Source: Trichoplax adhaerens
Taxonomy: Eukaryota > Animalia > Placozoa
Direction of reading: 5' to 3'
Assembly (NCBI RefSeq): GCF_000150275.1
Contig: NW_002060949.1
Span: 5,809,535-5,873,534 of the forward strand
Length of the DNA: 64,000 bases
Shown: piece after piece, positions 1 through 13,200 of the stretch
How positions within the stretch are numbered: position 1 is the first letter of the stretch
Layout: every line of letters starts with the position of its first letter
The notes under the pieces: generated by a model
What the model saw: the letters and a program-made list of their open reading frames with translations, nothing else
Database searches by the model: none
What the model was told of the DNA's origin: nothing
Position numbers and translations under genes: made by a program

Positions 1-2809
1 GTGTGACTATCGGTGACATTGGAAATAAGTATGGTTTCCATACAGTAGATAACGGCTTTCTTCGCCTAGATAATGTACGGATACCTTATGAGAATATGCT
101 AATGAGATACGCCAAGGCATGTATCACAATATTTTAAAGGCTCTATTGTATCATAATTCTTAAGTCAAAGTATATGCGTGTTCGTTAGCTGATTGTTAAT
201 CCATAATTGTATGGCCTTACTTTACAATTGCTGAAATTATAATGTGAAATCTATCGTAATGATTAAAGTTCTATTGCATCATTATACGCTAGGTAACTCC
301 TCAAGGTGATTACATTCCTCCGGTAAATCCAAAAATTAATTATGGGACAATGACGTCAATCCGCGTTGATCTTGTAAAAGATGCATCCGTCATACTTGCA
401 GCAGCTAGTACTATAGCTATTCGATACAGTGCTGTCAGGCATCAAACAGAAATCAGACCTGGGTAAAACTATAATAACTAATGTACACACAATACAACAG
501 CACTGAAAATTTTAAGAAAACAGTTGTACTTCAATTAACAGTAAAGAATAATTATATAATTGGCATATAACAATCTGTGTAATGTATTTCGCCTTCGACA
601 ATTATCGTAAAATTATCGCTAACGCATCGAATCAATTTTTCATAAATAGAGAAGAGCCTCCAGTTCTAGATTATATAACACAGCAATTTAAGCTCTTCCC
701 TCAAATTGCCACTGCCATTGCTTTTCATTTTGCCGGAGATTATATGCATCGAATATATGATAAAGTTCAATCTGAAATTTTTGATGGGCATCTCAGCGCC
801 ATAACGGAGGTATGCTAGACATGTAGATATTGTCAAACTAAAACTTCACTAATTTATGATATTTAGTGATATTGTACCCTTGTGCTTTATTATCAGGATT
901 ATATATCGAACTTATTATACTAATTAATTAATTTATCCTAACTTATTTTGTAGTTGCATGGGATTAGCGCTGGTCTTAAGGCCTTTACAACCGATACTTC
1001 GATAGCAGGTGTTGAGATTTGTCGGCGTGCCTGTGGCGGTCATGGTTACTCCAATGCATCGGGCTTTCAACGCTTCTATGAAAATTGGCTAGGATCCGCA
1101 ACGTACGAAGGTGAAAATACAGTCATGTATTTACAAGCTGCGAGGTGATTCTGACTCACGTGATAAAATATTATATTTAAATTAAGCAAATCTAGTGTCA
1201 AACTTGACGTAGCAATAATATTCACTTAAGATCAATTATATGTGTATTTTAATTTGCGCATAGATACTTATTTAAATGCTATGATAACCCAAAAGAAGCC
1301 CCTGAAACAATGAGCTACCTTCGATACCCACAAAATAAGATGGAATGGAACGTAAAATCAGCCGATGATGTTTCCAATTATGCGACACTGATAACTGCTT
1401 TTGAACAGAGAGCTCTAAGGTAACTCTTTAAAATATAGTCTATACCTGTACAAATCCGATAGTTTAGCGATGAGGTACTATATATGTGTAAGTTGCCGGC
1501 AATTTTACGAAACCAGTTATTTCATAAAGTGTCTTTGCAAGATAAAGGTTAATTAATTAATTTATTACTAATATGATAGTGAAAACTAATAAACAAAAGC
1601 AATGATTTTAATATCTAATTAAGGTTTCAATTGTTCGATATACATTTATACTTCAGCAAAATTAGTAGTACTGCAAAAAAATTAAAAAATCTAACGCACT
1701 ATGGGATGAATCGGAATGATGCCTGGAATGCAGCTAGCGTGGACATTCTACACAGTATTAAGGTTTGATATAGTCATATAACTTTAGCTTCTGATATTGC
1801 TATTAACTCACCGGATATCATAATAAATCAAGAGAGCTAGATTTTACTGATAATTTTGTAAATATTTTAACCTCGTAATTGTTATTATGTGTTCGTGCAT
1901 TGTTTATTACACGGTATAATACAGTACGTTATCGATACACTGCAATGATTGCAGATATATTTAAGTGATTGCCCATTTTAATATTATTAGTTATTGTTTA
2001 TTAATCTAAAATTTTAGGCCCACTGTCATTACTTTATCGTAAAAAATTATATGCAATCATTAAACCACTTAAAAATGAGTTCACCTCTACGTCAAGTGAT
2101 GACTGCAGTAGCTCTATTATATGCAAATTATGGAATTGACGAGCATGCTGGAGACTTTCTCGAGGTATGTGGATGATTTTCAGTTAAAAGACTAACTTAG
2201 ATTTAGATAATTAGTTTTACTCATTACGTTTAAATTAATTTGAAAAAAATAATCGTTCTTCTATGCAGTGAAGAAATGCATAATTTACAGGATGCATAAT
2301 GAGAATACCCAGATTTTAGTTGATTTTATATCGGTGCCATTAATTATATATATATGTAGAGCGGGTTCATGAATGGTAAACAGATCAATCTCGTAAGAGC
2401 TAAGATATTGCAGTTATTGAAGGAAATTCGAGTAAACGCTGTGGCTATTGTAGATTCATTTGATTTTGATGATCGTTTTCTACGATCAGCTCTTGGCGCT
2501 TATGACGGGAATGTGTATAATCGTTTATTTAAATGGGCTAAGCTATCACCCCTAAATAAAACAGAGGTAATACTTAAATATCTATGCATTATTGAAGGAG
2601 AGGAATACAGTACTTAAACGTAGACTCTTCAAATTTACAAATCAAGTGAATATATCAATATAAGGTTTCGTTCGTTAATGTATAGAATTGCCTTATATCT
2701 TATTATTTACAATTGTCACTTTATTGTGGTTTATTGACTCGTGTAACATTTTCAACAGGTTCATTCAAGCTACAAATACTTACGACGTATCCTGCAGAGT
2801 AAACTGTAA
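1..2809 (+). CDS. ACOX1: Peroxisomal acyl-CoA oxidase 1-like, paralog A (5' part outside the window; 9 exons visible)
   Basis: Spliced translation gives [70 protein letters not shown] and C-terminal ...ILQSKL* (PTS1). Approximate exons 1-116, 293-462, 650-809, 954-1144, 1264-1419, 1657-1761, 2018-2164, 2360-2566, 2759-2809. Confidence 0.95.
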
Positions 2810-4433
2810 TTCCTGAAGTTAACTAAATTATTTTCATTGGTGTTAGTCCATGATGTAAAATGCTTTTCAGTATCCATTATTACACTCAATAATGCCATCT
2901 TTTACGTTGCGATTAATATATAACATTGCGGTATAAATACTTCATACCGCTGCTACATTTTTATGTATTATCGTCAACGTCCCACAGTATGTTAACTATA
3001 CAAGGCTGATAGCCACTATATGATATATGATTTTATTCATGTATACGATATGGGCGCATTGTGCAGTAGACGGACCGTATTCTATAGGTAGTTAACAGTG
3101 TTTGCACTACGATCAATACAATATAGCTTGTCATGTTTCGTTATTTATAACATTTACAGTCTTGGTTATTCTCTAGCTTTATAATAATACGTGTGTGTAC
3201 ATTGTACAGTATATGCACTACAATAATTATAATCAGTTGAAGTCATATGCATATAATATGCCAGTGTGCAGTGATTCCATGATAACGGAGTAACTGATTC
3301 CCGGGGTTCTCCGTAACAATAAAATGCAAAGTAAAAGGTATAAGTACTGTTGGTATAGTATAAGACGCAAAGTATAGCGAGCGAGAGATCGATTAGTCAT
3401 TTACTGTTTATTACGTACATCAATTATTATGGTATATGTTATACTTACTGTAATTTTACAACCTTGTGCTCTGTATGTGTGCTATTTCCACAACTGTAAA
3501 TACTACCGATTTCTTTCTCCGATTTTATTTATTGCAATAGTCGCAGAATTCGCATTTTCTGTCGTTACTTCACGACAGCTTACATGGCTCTACCGTAACT
3601 ATCATATTGAATGCAGTTATGATGTATTACTCCAATAAAATGTCCATTTTCTACTAAAATCTTTGATGCAATTCTCTGAGGGGCAACTAAAGTCCGCTAC
3701 CGCTACTTATCGAACCCTTTGTCATACGCATAGCTAGTAACAATTATGCGCATAATGTTTAATAACTGCAGTAAATGAAAAATGTAACTGTCGATTCATC
3801 ATACGTTAGGCATTAAAGCTCTCAGTAGTTGATCTTAGAACTTGTTCATTTGTCAATCACCTGTCGAGATGATTTAATTTTACACTATTCGATGAGTATA
3901 TTGACACATTTGAGAATTATCAATTATAGTATATTATTTGCCAAGCTTTTGCATCGTCGTCGTACAGTATACGTAAATATAATGTACAGTGTCTGTCAAG
4001 TTAGGATTTGATCAATCATGATGTTGTAATAGCTTAGCGTCAAGGTGGCATTGGTATGGTATGCTAGGCGATAGTTTATATAACGTTACCATTAAAATCC
4101 ACTTGATTCATGTCCACCTGCACATCTGCATGGTGAAGTACAGTACGACGGTTTGGCAGACGTTGAGAAAGTAAACTTAGCATTGATTACAGTACGGACT
4201 GAATGCAGGTAATGTGCCCTTTGCTTACAGCTTTGCACCGAGGATATCGTACTGCATGCATAGTAGTGGTAGAATAGTAAGTAGATCGATTAGTACAGCA
4301 TTTAAATTACATGAGATGATTTTGTATATGTATGTTATATATACTGTTAACCAATAAACAGTAGAGTAAAAATTTCATTCTAAATGACTGCAACAGCAAC
4401 CAATGAGCATCAAGCCAAGGTTGGCGTTGTCGA

Positions 4434-5124
4434 TGACCTCTGCGATGACCTTTTCCAGGGTTAGGTTGGCGAGGTGATGACCTCCAGGCTTGAGTTAAGA
4501 ATGTATAGAATATCTACTGTACTTAAAAGAGCGAAGGAACTCCTACTGTATTCCTTTTAAATTTCTAAAATACTGTAGTGTTGATCTTGATTAAGCCATG
4601 ATGATATCCTGTTGCTTAAGAATCGTCGTATGTCGTCCTTATTGCTGCCTCAAGCCGTGTTATCCAACCATGATCCCCTTTTAACACTGTCCGTAGTTGT
4701 TGACCTTATTGCGGTTCAAGATTCTGTCATTGCGATAGTCATTTCTATGGAATACTACCTATCTAAAAATCGATTCTGCAATCGTGACCATTGCAGATCG
4801 TGACAGAGCTATACTAACTAGTATTGCATGGGTTGATGAGCTAAAGTAATACTGTATGTGAACAAGACAATCAACTTTTCACTGCACTGTAAGGACCCCA
4901 TTGCAACCTTTCTATAAATTTGATTTAACGACCACTTTCATCTTAGTCATTCCATATTTTGAGTGATCAACCACACCATGGCAAGAACACAATGACGCCA
5001 ATGATAGAGTGAATCGTGTGTGAAGTCAAGCAAACATTTCAAGCATTCGTAGTCTCATCCCTCCTTTGAGGCAAAGGAGGTTGAACTAAGGTTGAACTCA
5101 TCACCAGCCATGACGCGATGACCC
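4434..5124 (-). promoter_or_regulatory. Cluster of nuclear-receptor AGGTCA/AGTTCA-type half-sites upstream of ACOX paralog B
   Basis: TGACCT at 4434, 4446, 4478, 4701; AGGTGA-TGACCT (IR0-like) 4472-4483; TGAACT-n5-TGAACT (DR5) 5082-5098; TGACCC 5119. Function inferred only. Confidence 0.4.
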
Positions 5125-5149
5125 CAGTTCTAAACAAACAATACAGTAG

Positions 5150-5315
5150 AAGAAAAGGTTCAGTACTGTACAGTACTGTACACTGTACACCACAGTGTAC
5201 TGTAGATTGTACTGTACAATATGACTACAGTACTGTATGACTACCAGCGTACTGTACTGTACACTGTACTGTGATCGCTGGTGACATTAAACATACGCAC
5301 GTACAGTACACTATT
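5150..5315. promoter_or_regulatory. (ACTGT/ACAGT)n pentamer-rich proximal promoter tract of ACOX paralog B
   Basis: Dense cagtactgtacagtactgtacactgtac... directly upstream (about 90-250 bp) of the ATG at 5399. Confidence 0.5.
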
Positions 5316-5398
5316 GTGCAGTTCGTGTTGGAAGAGGACGCGTTCACTAACCAAATCCATTTCAAGCAGTGAAAAAAAAAATCATTTTACTCTACAAA

Positions 5399-8300
5399 AT
5401 GAGCGAATCACTACAAACTGAAAGAAAGAATGCAACATTTAACATCAAAGAGCTCACTGATACCTTAAATGGTGGCCCAGAAGAAACGAGAAAGCGCAAA
5501 CAAATTGGTTTGTACTCAAATTGAGTAGTTCAAAAATGGAAAATTTTGTTAGAAGAACGTCTTAACCCTACATACGAGTATGTACCCCATAAGTACTGAC
5601 GTCAGCTGCACAGCAACATCATCGATTTGCAGCAGTTCAATATGTCTTATTGTAGAGAAATTCAATTAGGGTGTTAGGATAAGCCATTCTGAAATAGACG
5701 ATCTTTAATTATTGGCCACTTTAGTTGCTGTCATGACGATTGATCTCGATAGAGTACAGATCTTGTTTGCACAGCAAGCAGCGTTTTGCAACCAAGATGC
5801 AATCACTTTCGAAATTCAATAACTGTATTTGGAATAGGAGTCCACTGTTGCAGTTGATATTCTATTATAAAAAAATACTATGCCAACCTGCAATAGGTAT
5901 TATAAATTGCAAAGACTCGTTTGAACATTCTGATAAGTAGAAGCTATCCATGCTCATTGCTCAAATTGCTCATGGTTTAGCTCTTGCCTACTCCCTTCAG
6001 CCGCCTTTCTATCCTAGTTACAGTATCATACCATTTGTTACGTAATGTGAGTAAAAATTGGAGTACTGTAGTCTGTAGTGATGTCTAGGGATAGAAAGTA
6101 GAAATATGAAAACTCACTTCAAGAGTTTGCTACTGCTTTGGTCCTATACCATCAGACCACCACTAACGTCGATATAAAATCGATAGTTTGTCTTCATTCA
6201 CTTTCTTCGGTAAATAGCATGATGTTCAATATCTACTCCACTCTACCATGGACTACTAGAAGAAGACCTAGTAGTCCATGACTGTACTCATACCTCGTTA
6301 CGACCCTTTTCAATTTGGCCTTGAGACATGATCCTAATCAGTGCTCCATACAATCCCATCGTTGAAAAACGAGACGAAAATGCAGACATGTCACCTCATA
6401 GCATGTTCCATGAAGTAAAATATCCGCGTACTATCTCTTTTTTCTGTCTTTATGAATATATTAACTGTGCCTTTGCAGATAAATCTTATTTATATTTTTG
6501 TTATTATCCCAGCATGATCTCGTAAACGTAAAGCTTTTTCTTTGTACCTTTTGAAAGTAAGGATAGGAAATCCTTCTAGCATGTTAACCTAGTACTTGAG
6601 ATTTCTAACTTTCGTTGTTATCTCTTAGAATCATTGGTCTTTAATACTCCAGCCTTTCATCGACAGGATCGATTTCAGCTATCGCGTGAAGAGATCTATG
6701 ATTATTCCATTAAGGTATATGGTGAATTAATCAAATTATGCAAAAAAGAGAACATCGAAATCCGCTATGATAATCCAGACTACGTTCGATTAGTCGGGTA
6801 AGTGAGCAGTTCGTCTTTCAGTAGATACTACTGTAATATGGATTACATATTGAGAATTTTTAGACAAGTAGGTAATTGGTTAACTGATCGTTAACATGTA
6901 ATAAAATTTTCTTCATGCAGTTGCATTCCAGAAGAAATACCTGTTGGCCTTCATGTAGGAATGTTCTCGTCTTCGATTTCGGTGAAAATTATATACTGAA
7001 TATACAGTATATAACTCTCATATGCAAGGATATAATCGCAAATTATCTCATTACTTATCTATTTATACATGTATAGGATCAAGGAACAGAGGAACAACAG
7101 AAAAAGTGGATACCTTTAGCCCGAAATTTTAAAATATTTGGAACTTATGCACAAACTGAATTAGCACATGGTAACTATTACCAGACTACAATAATAGTTA
7201 GTAGTACATCTATTGCACATACAAGTTCGTGAAAGGCTAGCAAAAGTAATTCCGAAGAAAATGTTTATCCGTTCTAATTATCTATAATACGTGTTTACGC
7301 AAAGGTACCTTTGTTCGCGGCTTGGAAACTACCGCTACTTATGACGAATCGAAACAAGAGTTTATCTTAAATTCTCCTACTATAACTTCAACCAAATGGT
7401 GGCCTGGATTTTGTTAGTTCAATTTATAGAAAAATTATAGAGTATATAGTCACTATAATGAAATGCTCATGTAGTACAAGACGTAATTGTTAATATATTA
7501 ACAAAATACTTGAATTCTCGTCTCTTTGAAATAGACGAATTTAGTAGATCATTAAGCTACTTGTATGATAATTGATAACATTATCAATTTTGCTTACAGT
7601 GGGTCGAACCAGCAATCATGCAGTAATTGCTGCCCAATTATATACTAAGAGCAAGTGTTATGGAATCCACATGTTCATAGTTCAATTACGAGATCTAAAG
7701 GATCACAAACCATTGCCTGGAGTTACTATTGGTGATATCGGTGATAAATTTGGTTTTGATACCGTTGACAACGGTTTTCTTCGGCTTGATAATGTTCACA
7801 TTCCACGTGAAAATATGCTAATGAAATATGCAAAAGTAATCACCTATAAATAATAATTATGAATGATGCGTTATAATAAGTACTATCTATTTGGGTAACT
7901 CGATTTAAATAGCCAATTTTTCTTTAGGTTACACCCGAAGGCAAATATTTGCCACCCACTAATGCAAAGGTTGCCTACAGTGCTATGACACTAATCCGTG
8001 TTGTTCTCGTTAGAGGCTCAGCAAAGGCACTTGCATCTGCTAGTACTATAGCTATTCGTTACAGTGCTGTAAGACACCAAACTGAAACTGCTCCTGGGTA
8101 AGACATGTCTTAATGTTGCTTTTATTACTAAAGTAATTTTTTTTCAATTCTGTAGGACAAGTATTTAAATTTAAATTTTACACAACTAAAACTCTTAACT
8201 TATTAGTCTTTATATTTTAGTTATAATCGATACAACTATTGTTCTTTAACAGAAAAGAGCCTCAGGTCCTCGATTATGTAACGCAACAATATAAGTTATT

Positions 8301-10259
8301 TCCTCAGCTTGCTACAGCTCTCGCCTTTGGCTTTGCTGGAAACTACATGATTGACACATTTAACAAAATACATTCAGAAATATCAAGTGGACAACTTGAT
8401 GCTTTATCCGAAGTATGGAGTTAGCTACAGACATCATCTAAATTGACTCATTATATATATATATATATATTATATTATAATTCATGCTGTGGTTCATATT
8501 CTTCATGTAATTTAATCTTATCCACAAGCAATTCTTAAGCACCAATTCTTTTACTATATAGCTGCATGGTATCAGCTCTGGTTTAAAAGCGTATACCACT
8601 GATACAGCAACGGCTGGTATTGAGGTTTGTCGTCGTGCTTGCGGTGGTCATGGATACTCAAATGCATGTGGCATTCAACATATCTACGCTAATGTGCTAC
8701 CTTGCGTAACACTGGAAGGCGAAAATACAGTAATGTACTTGCAAGCAGCCAGGTAAAGAACTATTTATTGCAATATATTTCCGCATTTTGGAATATTTTA
8801 AATCTATCTGCTTGCTAACGACATTTATGTTATATTACTGCTGAATCGACTACTAGGTACTTGCTAAAATGTTTCCGCAATCCTGACAAAGCTCCAGATA
8901 CAATGAATTATCTACGAAACCCACAAGTATCAGACAAGTGGAAAGTACAGTCACTGCAAGATCTGTCCAATTACGATATGTTAATAACTGCTTTCGAACG
9001 TAGAGCGTTGAGGTGCTTAGTCTAATATACGACGTATATGATTTAAACATCTCAATCATATTATAAAACATTATTTATTGTATCATATAGATAATTATAG
9101 TAGATTGATACCAAAATAGAGATATTTAATAGTTGCTTATAGAAATATAATTGACGTTGTATCTTACTCAGTCCATAAAATTATTATGATCTGCATAAAG
9201 TGTAACGCTCTAAAAGCTGTTATTCCGCTTTCAATTTATCATTAGTAAAGTTATCAGCACGATTAAGAGACTAGAACAACTTCGTCGTAGTGGGATGGAC
9301 CAAGATGAAGCGTGGAATACAGCAGGAATAGAACTTGTTCAAGCTGCTAAGGTCGATAGTTACTGTATGATCATATTTATACTTTGTGCCTATATAATTA
9401 CCTTGGAATGTGTTGACTAGTACAGCATTTCGTGTCTTAAATATACCATGAAAGAATTGAAAAAACTTGTAAATTATCTTACAATTGATCGTTGTAATTT
9501 ATTGTTAGTACTATGCAATAAGGCTATCATTGATTTCATTCTTTCATATTTATAAATTAAAAATAGTTCTAAGCATAATATTAATTGACACTACTTTAGG
9601 CGCATTGTCACTATTTTATTGTAAAAAATTATTTACGATCATTGGAGAAATTGAATATGACTCCATCTCTACGTAAAGTGATGAATTCAATCGCTCTATT
9701 GTATGGAAACTATGGCATAGATGAAAATGCCGGAGACTTTCTGGAAGTACGTAATATTTGGAGTCTAATCTTTTGCGAATGTTTCATTGTAATACTATAA
9801 TAGTAGATCTATCAGGGCTATCTTAACCACTTAATGCAACATTAGAATATAAGCGACCATTTTTAATAATTGACATTTTAATTAATATCTCTAGAGCGGA
9901 TTTATGACTGGCGAACAACTCAATCTTGTAAAAGCTAAAATTTTGCAATTGCTATCGGAGGTCCGACGTAATGCCGTGGCAGTAGTAGATGCATTCGATT
10001 TCGACGATAAGTATTTACGCTCAATTCTTGGCGCCTATGATGGAGATGTATACAACCGCTTATACAATTGGGCTAAATCATCACCGTTAAATAAAACAGA
10101 GGTAGTATTTTACTAGTATGACATTCACAAGGAGTAAATTTCTATAATAAATCATTAGAACAATTTTCAAATTTCATCAATTGAAATGATCTTTCTCTAA
10201 ATCAGGTCCATTCCAGTTATACCGAGTATCTGCAACAACTGTTGAAAAGCAAGCTCTAA
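5399..10259 (+). CDS. ACOX1: Peroxisomal acyl-CoA oxidase 1-like, paralog B (complete, ~14 exons)
   Basis: Starts [37 protein letters not shown] (ACOX1-type N-terminus); [42 protein letters not shown]; ends ...LLKSKL* (PTS1). Intron positions match paralog A. Confidence 0.96.
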
Positions 10260-13200
10260 CAACGTAAATGTCGAAAAATCCTGAAAAGCTGAGCAAATGC
10301 TACTAATAATACATAAATTGCTGTAATAAAATTAGAATGAATAGTGTAGCTGCAACTGAAAATATTTTACAAAGATATTGCTATCCTTGTAGGAACAAAT
10401 GTTAACTATATTTTATTTTATTAAATAAAAATAATTGCAATGATCAGATTCAAATGAAATCCTTATCGTACTGAATAAGTAAACTGTAACTTTTGGATGA
10501 GTGACTTTGTTGACCAACTATTACAAGTATTTATAACACGCATTACCTGGTAACCATTAGCAATATGATTAATTTCTTATTGTTTACCCTAGGTTAATAA
10601 ATTAAGTTTTACGAGTTTACTTCATATTCTTTCAGCATGATACACTTTTTATTCGTACTTCGGACTCGAGCTGTTGGTTAAAATAGCAAGCTTTATATAA
10701 GTGTCATTCTTCAAACAGTGCATTTATCTAGTTTAAATCTATTCGTTAACTTTTTTACCCTTTACGCTACCATCATCAGATGTTTTATATTTAAACTTGG
10801 GTTGGAGTTGTTGGTTTAAGAATAACATCCTTATATTTGTAGTTAGCAATTTAACTCCTCCCATACGCCTAAAGGAATGAGCATACTCAACCTACACAAG
10901 TGAAGACTAAAAATTGTCGATAACCCTTTATATTATTATACAAATACATTATCCGAATCTTGAACAATAATGGAAACGGTCGATTAGGTAAAGTACAGTA
11001 TTTATGTCAGTCAATAAACCATCGGATCTCACGAAACAACATTCCCTACCCCTATTGTATGCGATACTAGCCAAGAATGTTAATATCTTATCCAGTACGA
11101 GAGTGTCACTTATAATAATCAATTATGCCATCGCTAATTTCAACGAAATAGTAACGATATTCAAATTACTGTAGAAAAATGAGTACGGTATCAAGCCCAG
11201 GTTCAATAAACACTTAGTTCATGCTTCGTCTTCAGTAAAAGAAAGCATATTTACCACAAAATTTCTTATTAGAGAGTGAGTCCATTCGGTTTAAGTTGGT
11301 AGACTATGAGGAACCTAATGTGCTTTACAACGAATAATAGTACACGAATGTATGGAATATTTTCTATGAAATTTTACTTTTTCTATTAATACAGTACAGG
11401 AACAAAAAATATTGGATAATAACGACACGATGTAATAGCGAAAGTAAATTTTACTTGTTCATAACAATTGTAAATTAACGATACCCCTTTAAATATATGT
11501 AGTATATACTGCTGGTTATTGATTGAAATTTTCTCCTAATTACTGTTAATTTTAGACAGTCGCTAAAGAATAACATTCAGCTCCTAGAAAAATTTTGCAT
11601 TGTATTACACACGTAGAAATTTTCTGTACCTAAAAAGGGGGAATAGACTCCGTTGACATCTATTAACCTTAAAGAATAATTTCGGGTTATCAGTGTTTTA
11701 ACCCTGGATTCCAATTGCCTCTGATCATCTTCACTTTAAATGTAATTATCTAATTAGACATGTAGTGTTTATAAAATTTTGTATATAACAAAAGAATTAG
11801 TGTAAAATTCTTTTTAAACTTCATTCACTGTATTTGATTCAACAATGTCTTCATTAATTATCTATAATCGAATGAGTTATTAATTATTATAGCAAACTGA
11901 TCGATCAAAAGTATTATGAACCGTGTGAAATTGTATTGAAAGTCCGATTATGCCGTTACATTTCAAATTAAAAGTGATTAAAATTAACCAAAATACATAT
12001 TAAAACCTATCACACTGATATCATTCTTGTGAATGGATCTTCCTGACGAAAATCTAACTTATAGCTTAAGATCGAACCTGTCATATATCAAATGCCATTA
12101 GATTCATTATATATTGGTTAACGTAAAACCATCGACAACTGCTGCACCGATAACTCGAATCTTTTGCAACCTGGTTCATTTTCATGCAATTTTTTAATAC
12201 TATATGATTAATATCTAAAGGGAATATTGATTATTTCAATTACACTATCACATCTATCTACGCACAGTGATACACATGCTATAAATTTATCATTAGGAAA
12301 GTATTGATAACACCGCAGAATTTAGGAGAGATTATACCATGAAACTGGATAAATATTGATAAAATTGAAAAAAATTAAATTCTACTGTAAAACAAATATT
12401 AATTATTGCTTATAGGGCAATTAAATTTTTAACGTGTACTTTCCTCTTTAGCCCCTGATATTTACGTTTTATTATGAAATGTAAAATGAATTTTATTGCT
12501 ATAACTAACCTCCAATAATTAAATAATATATTCTTTTCGTTATCAATATGAGTATATAATTATATATATAATGAAAAGCTATTTGTAGAGAGACAATTGA
12601 TATCAATACCGGCTAGAAGTAGAAAAAAAGTCTTCCAATTTTCTCAGCAATGAATTGTGTGAATAGAAGTCGATTATGTCTTGCTGTCTAGTGGAATGTG
12701 ATAGAACAAGTAAAATGAAATAATTTTAGTAATATATCGGTTAAAAAATGGTTAGTAACATGACAATATCGAAAGTAGAGAGTCATTCAATCCAGAAATT
12801 CTCACTCTACTGTGCTAATCATCATATGTCATCACATTACAAAAAATTCTTTAGAGTTGGTAATTTTAATTCCAATAAATTTTATAGCCAATTTAATAAA
12901 ATTGTCCTATGTACAAGTATTCCGTTAGACTTAAGAATTCTTAGAACTGATCATAGCATAAATATTAGGAATTAGTTAGCTATCGATATGAAAAATAATT
13001 ACTTATAAATTAACTTACAAGGTAACTTTAATCTTGAAGTTATAAATAAGTCATTTAGGTATTAATGAGTCCGCTATTAAATTTAAACTGATCGACATTA
13101 AGAAAGAAAATTCCATACTGATTCAGAATATCAATCATTGCGGTTAGCAGTGAGCACGAAATGATTAAAATTCTTCTAAACTTTATCCAAGAAAGCGACT

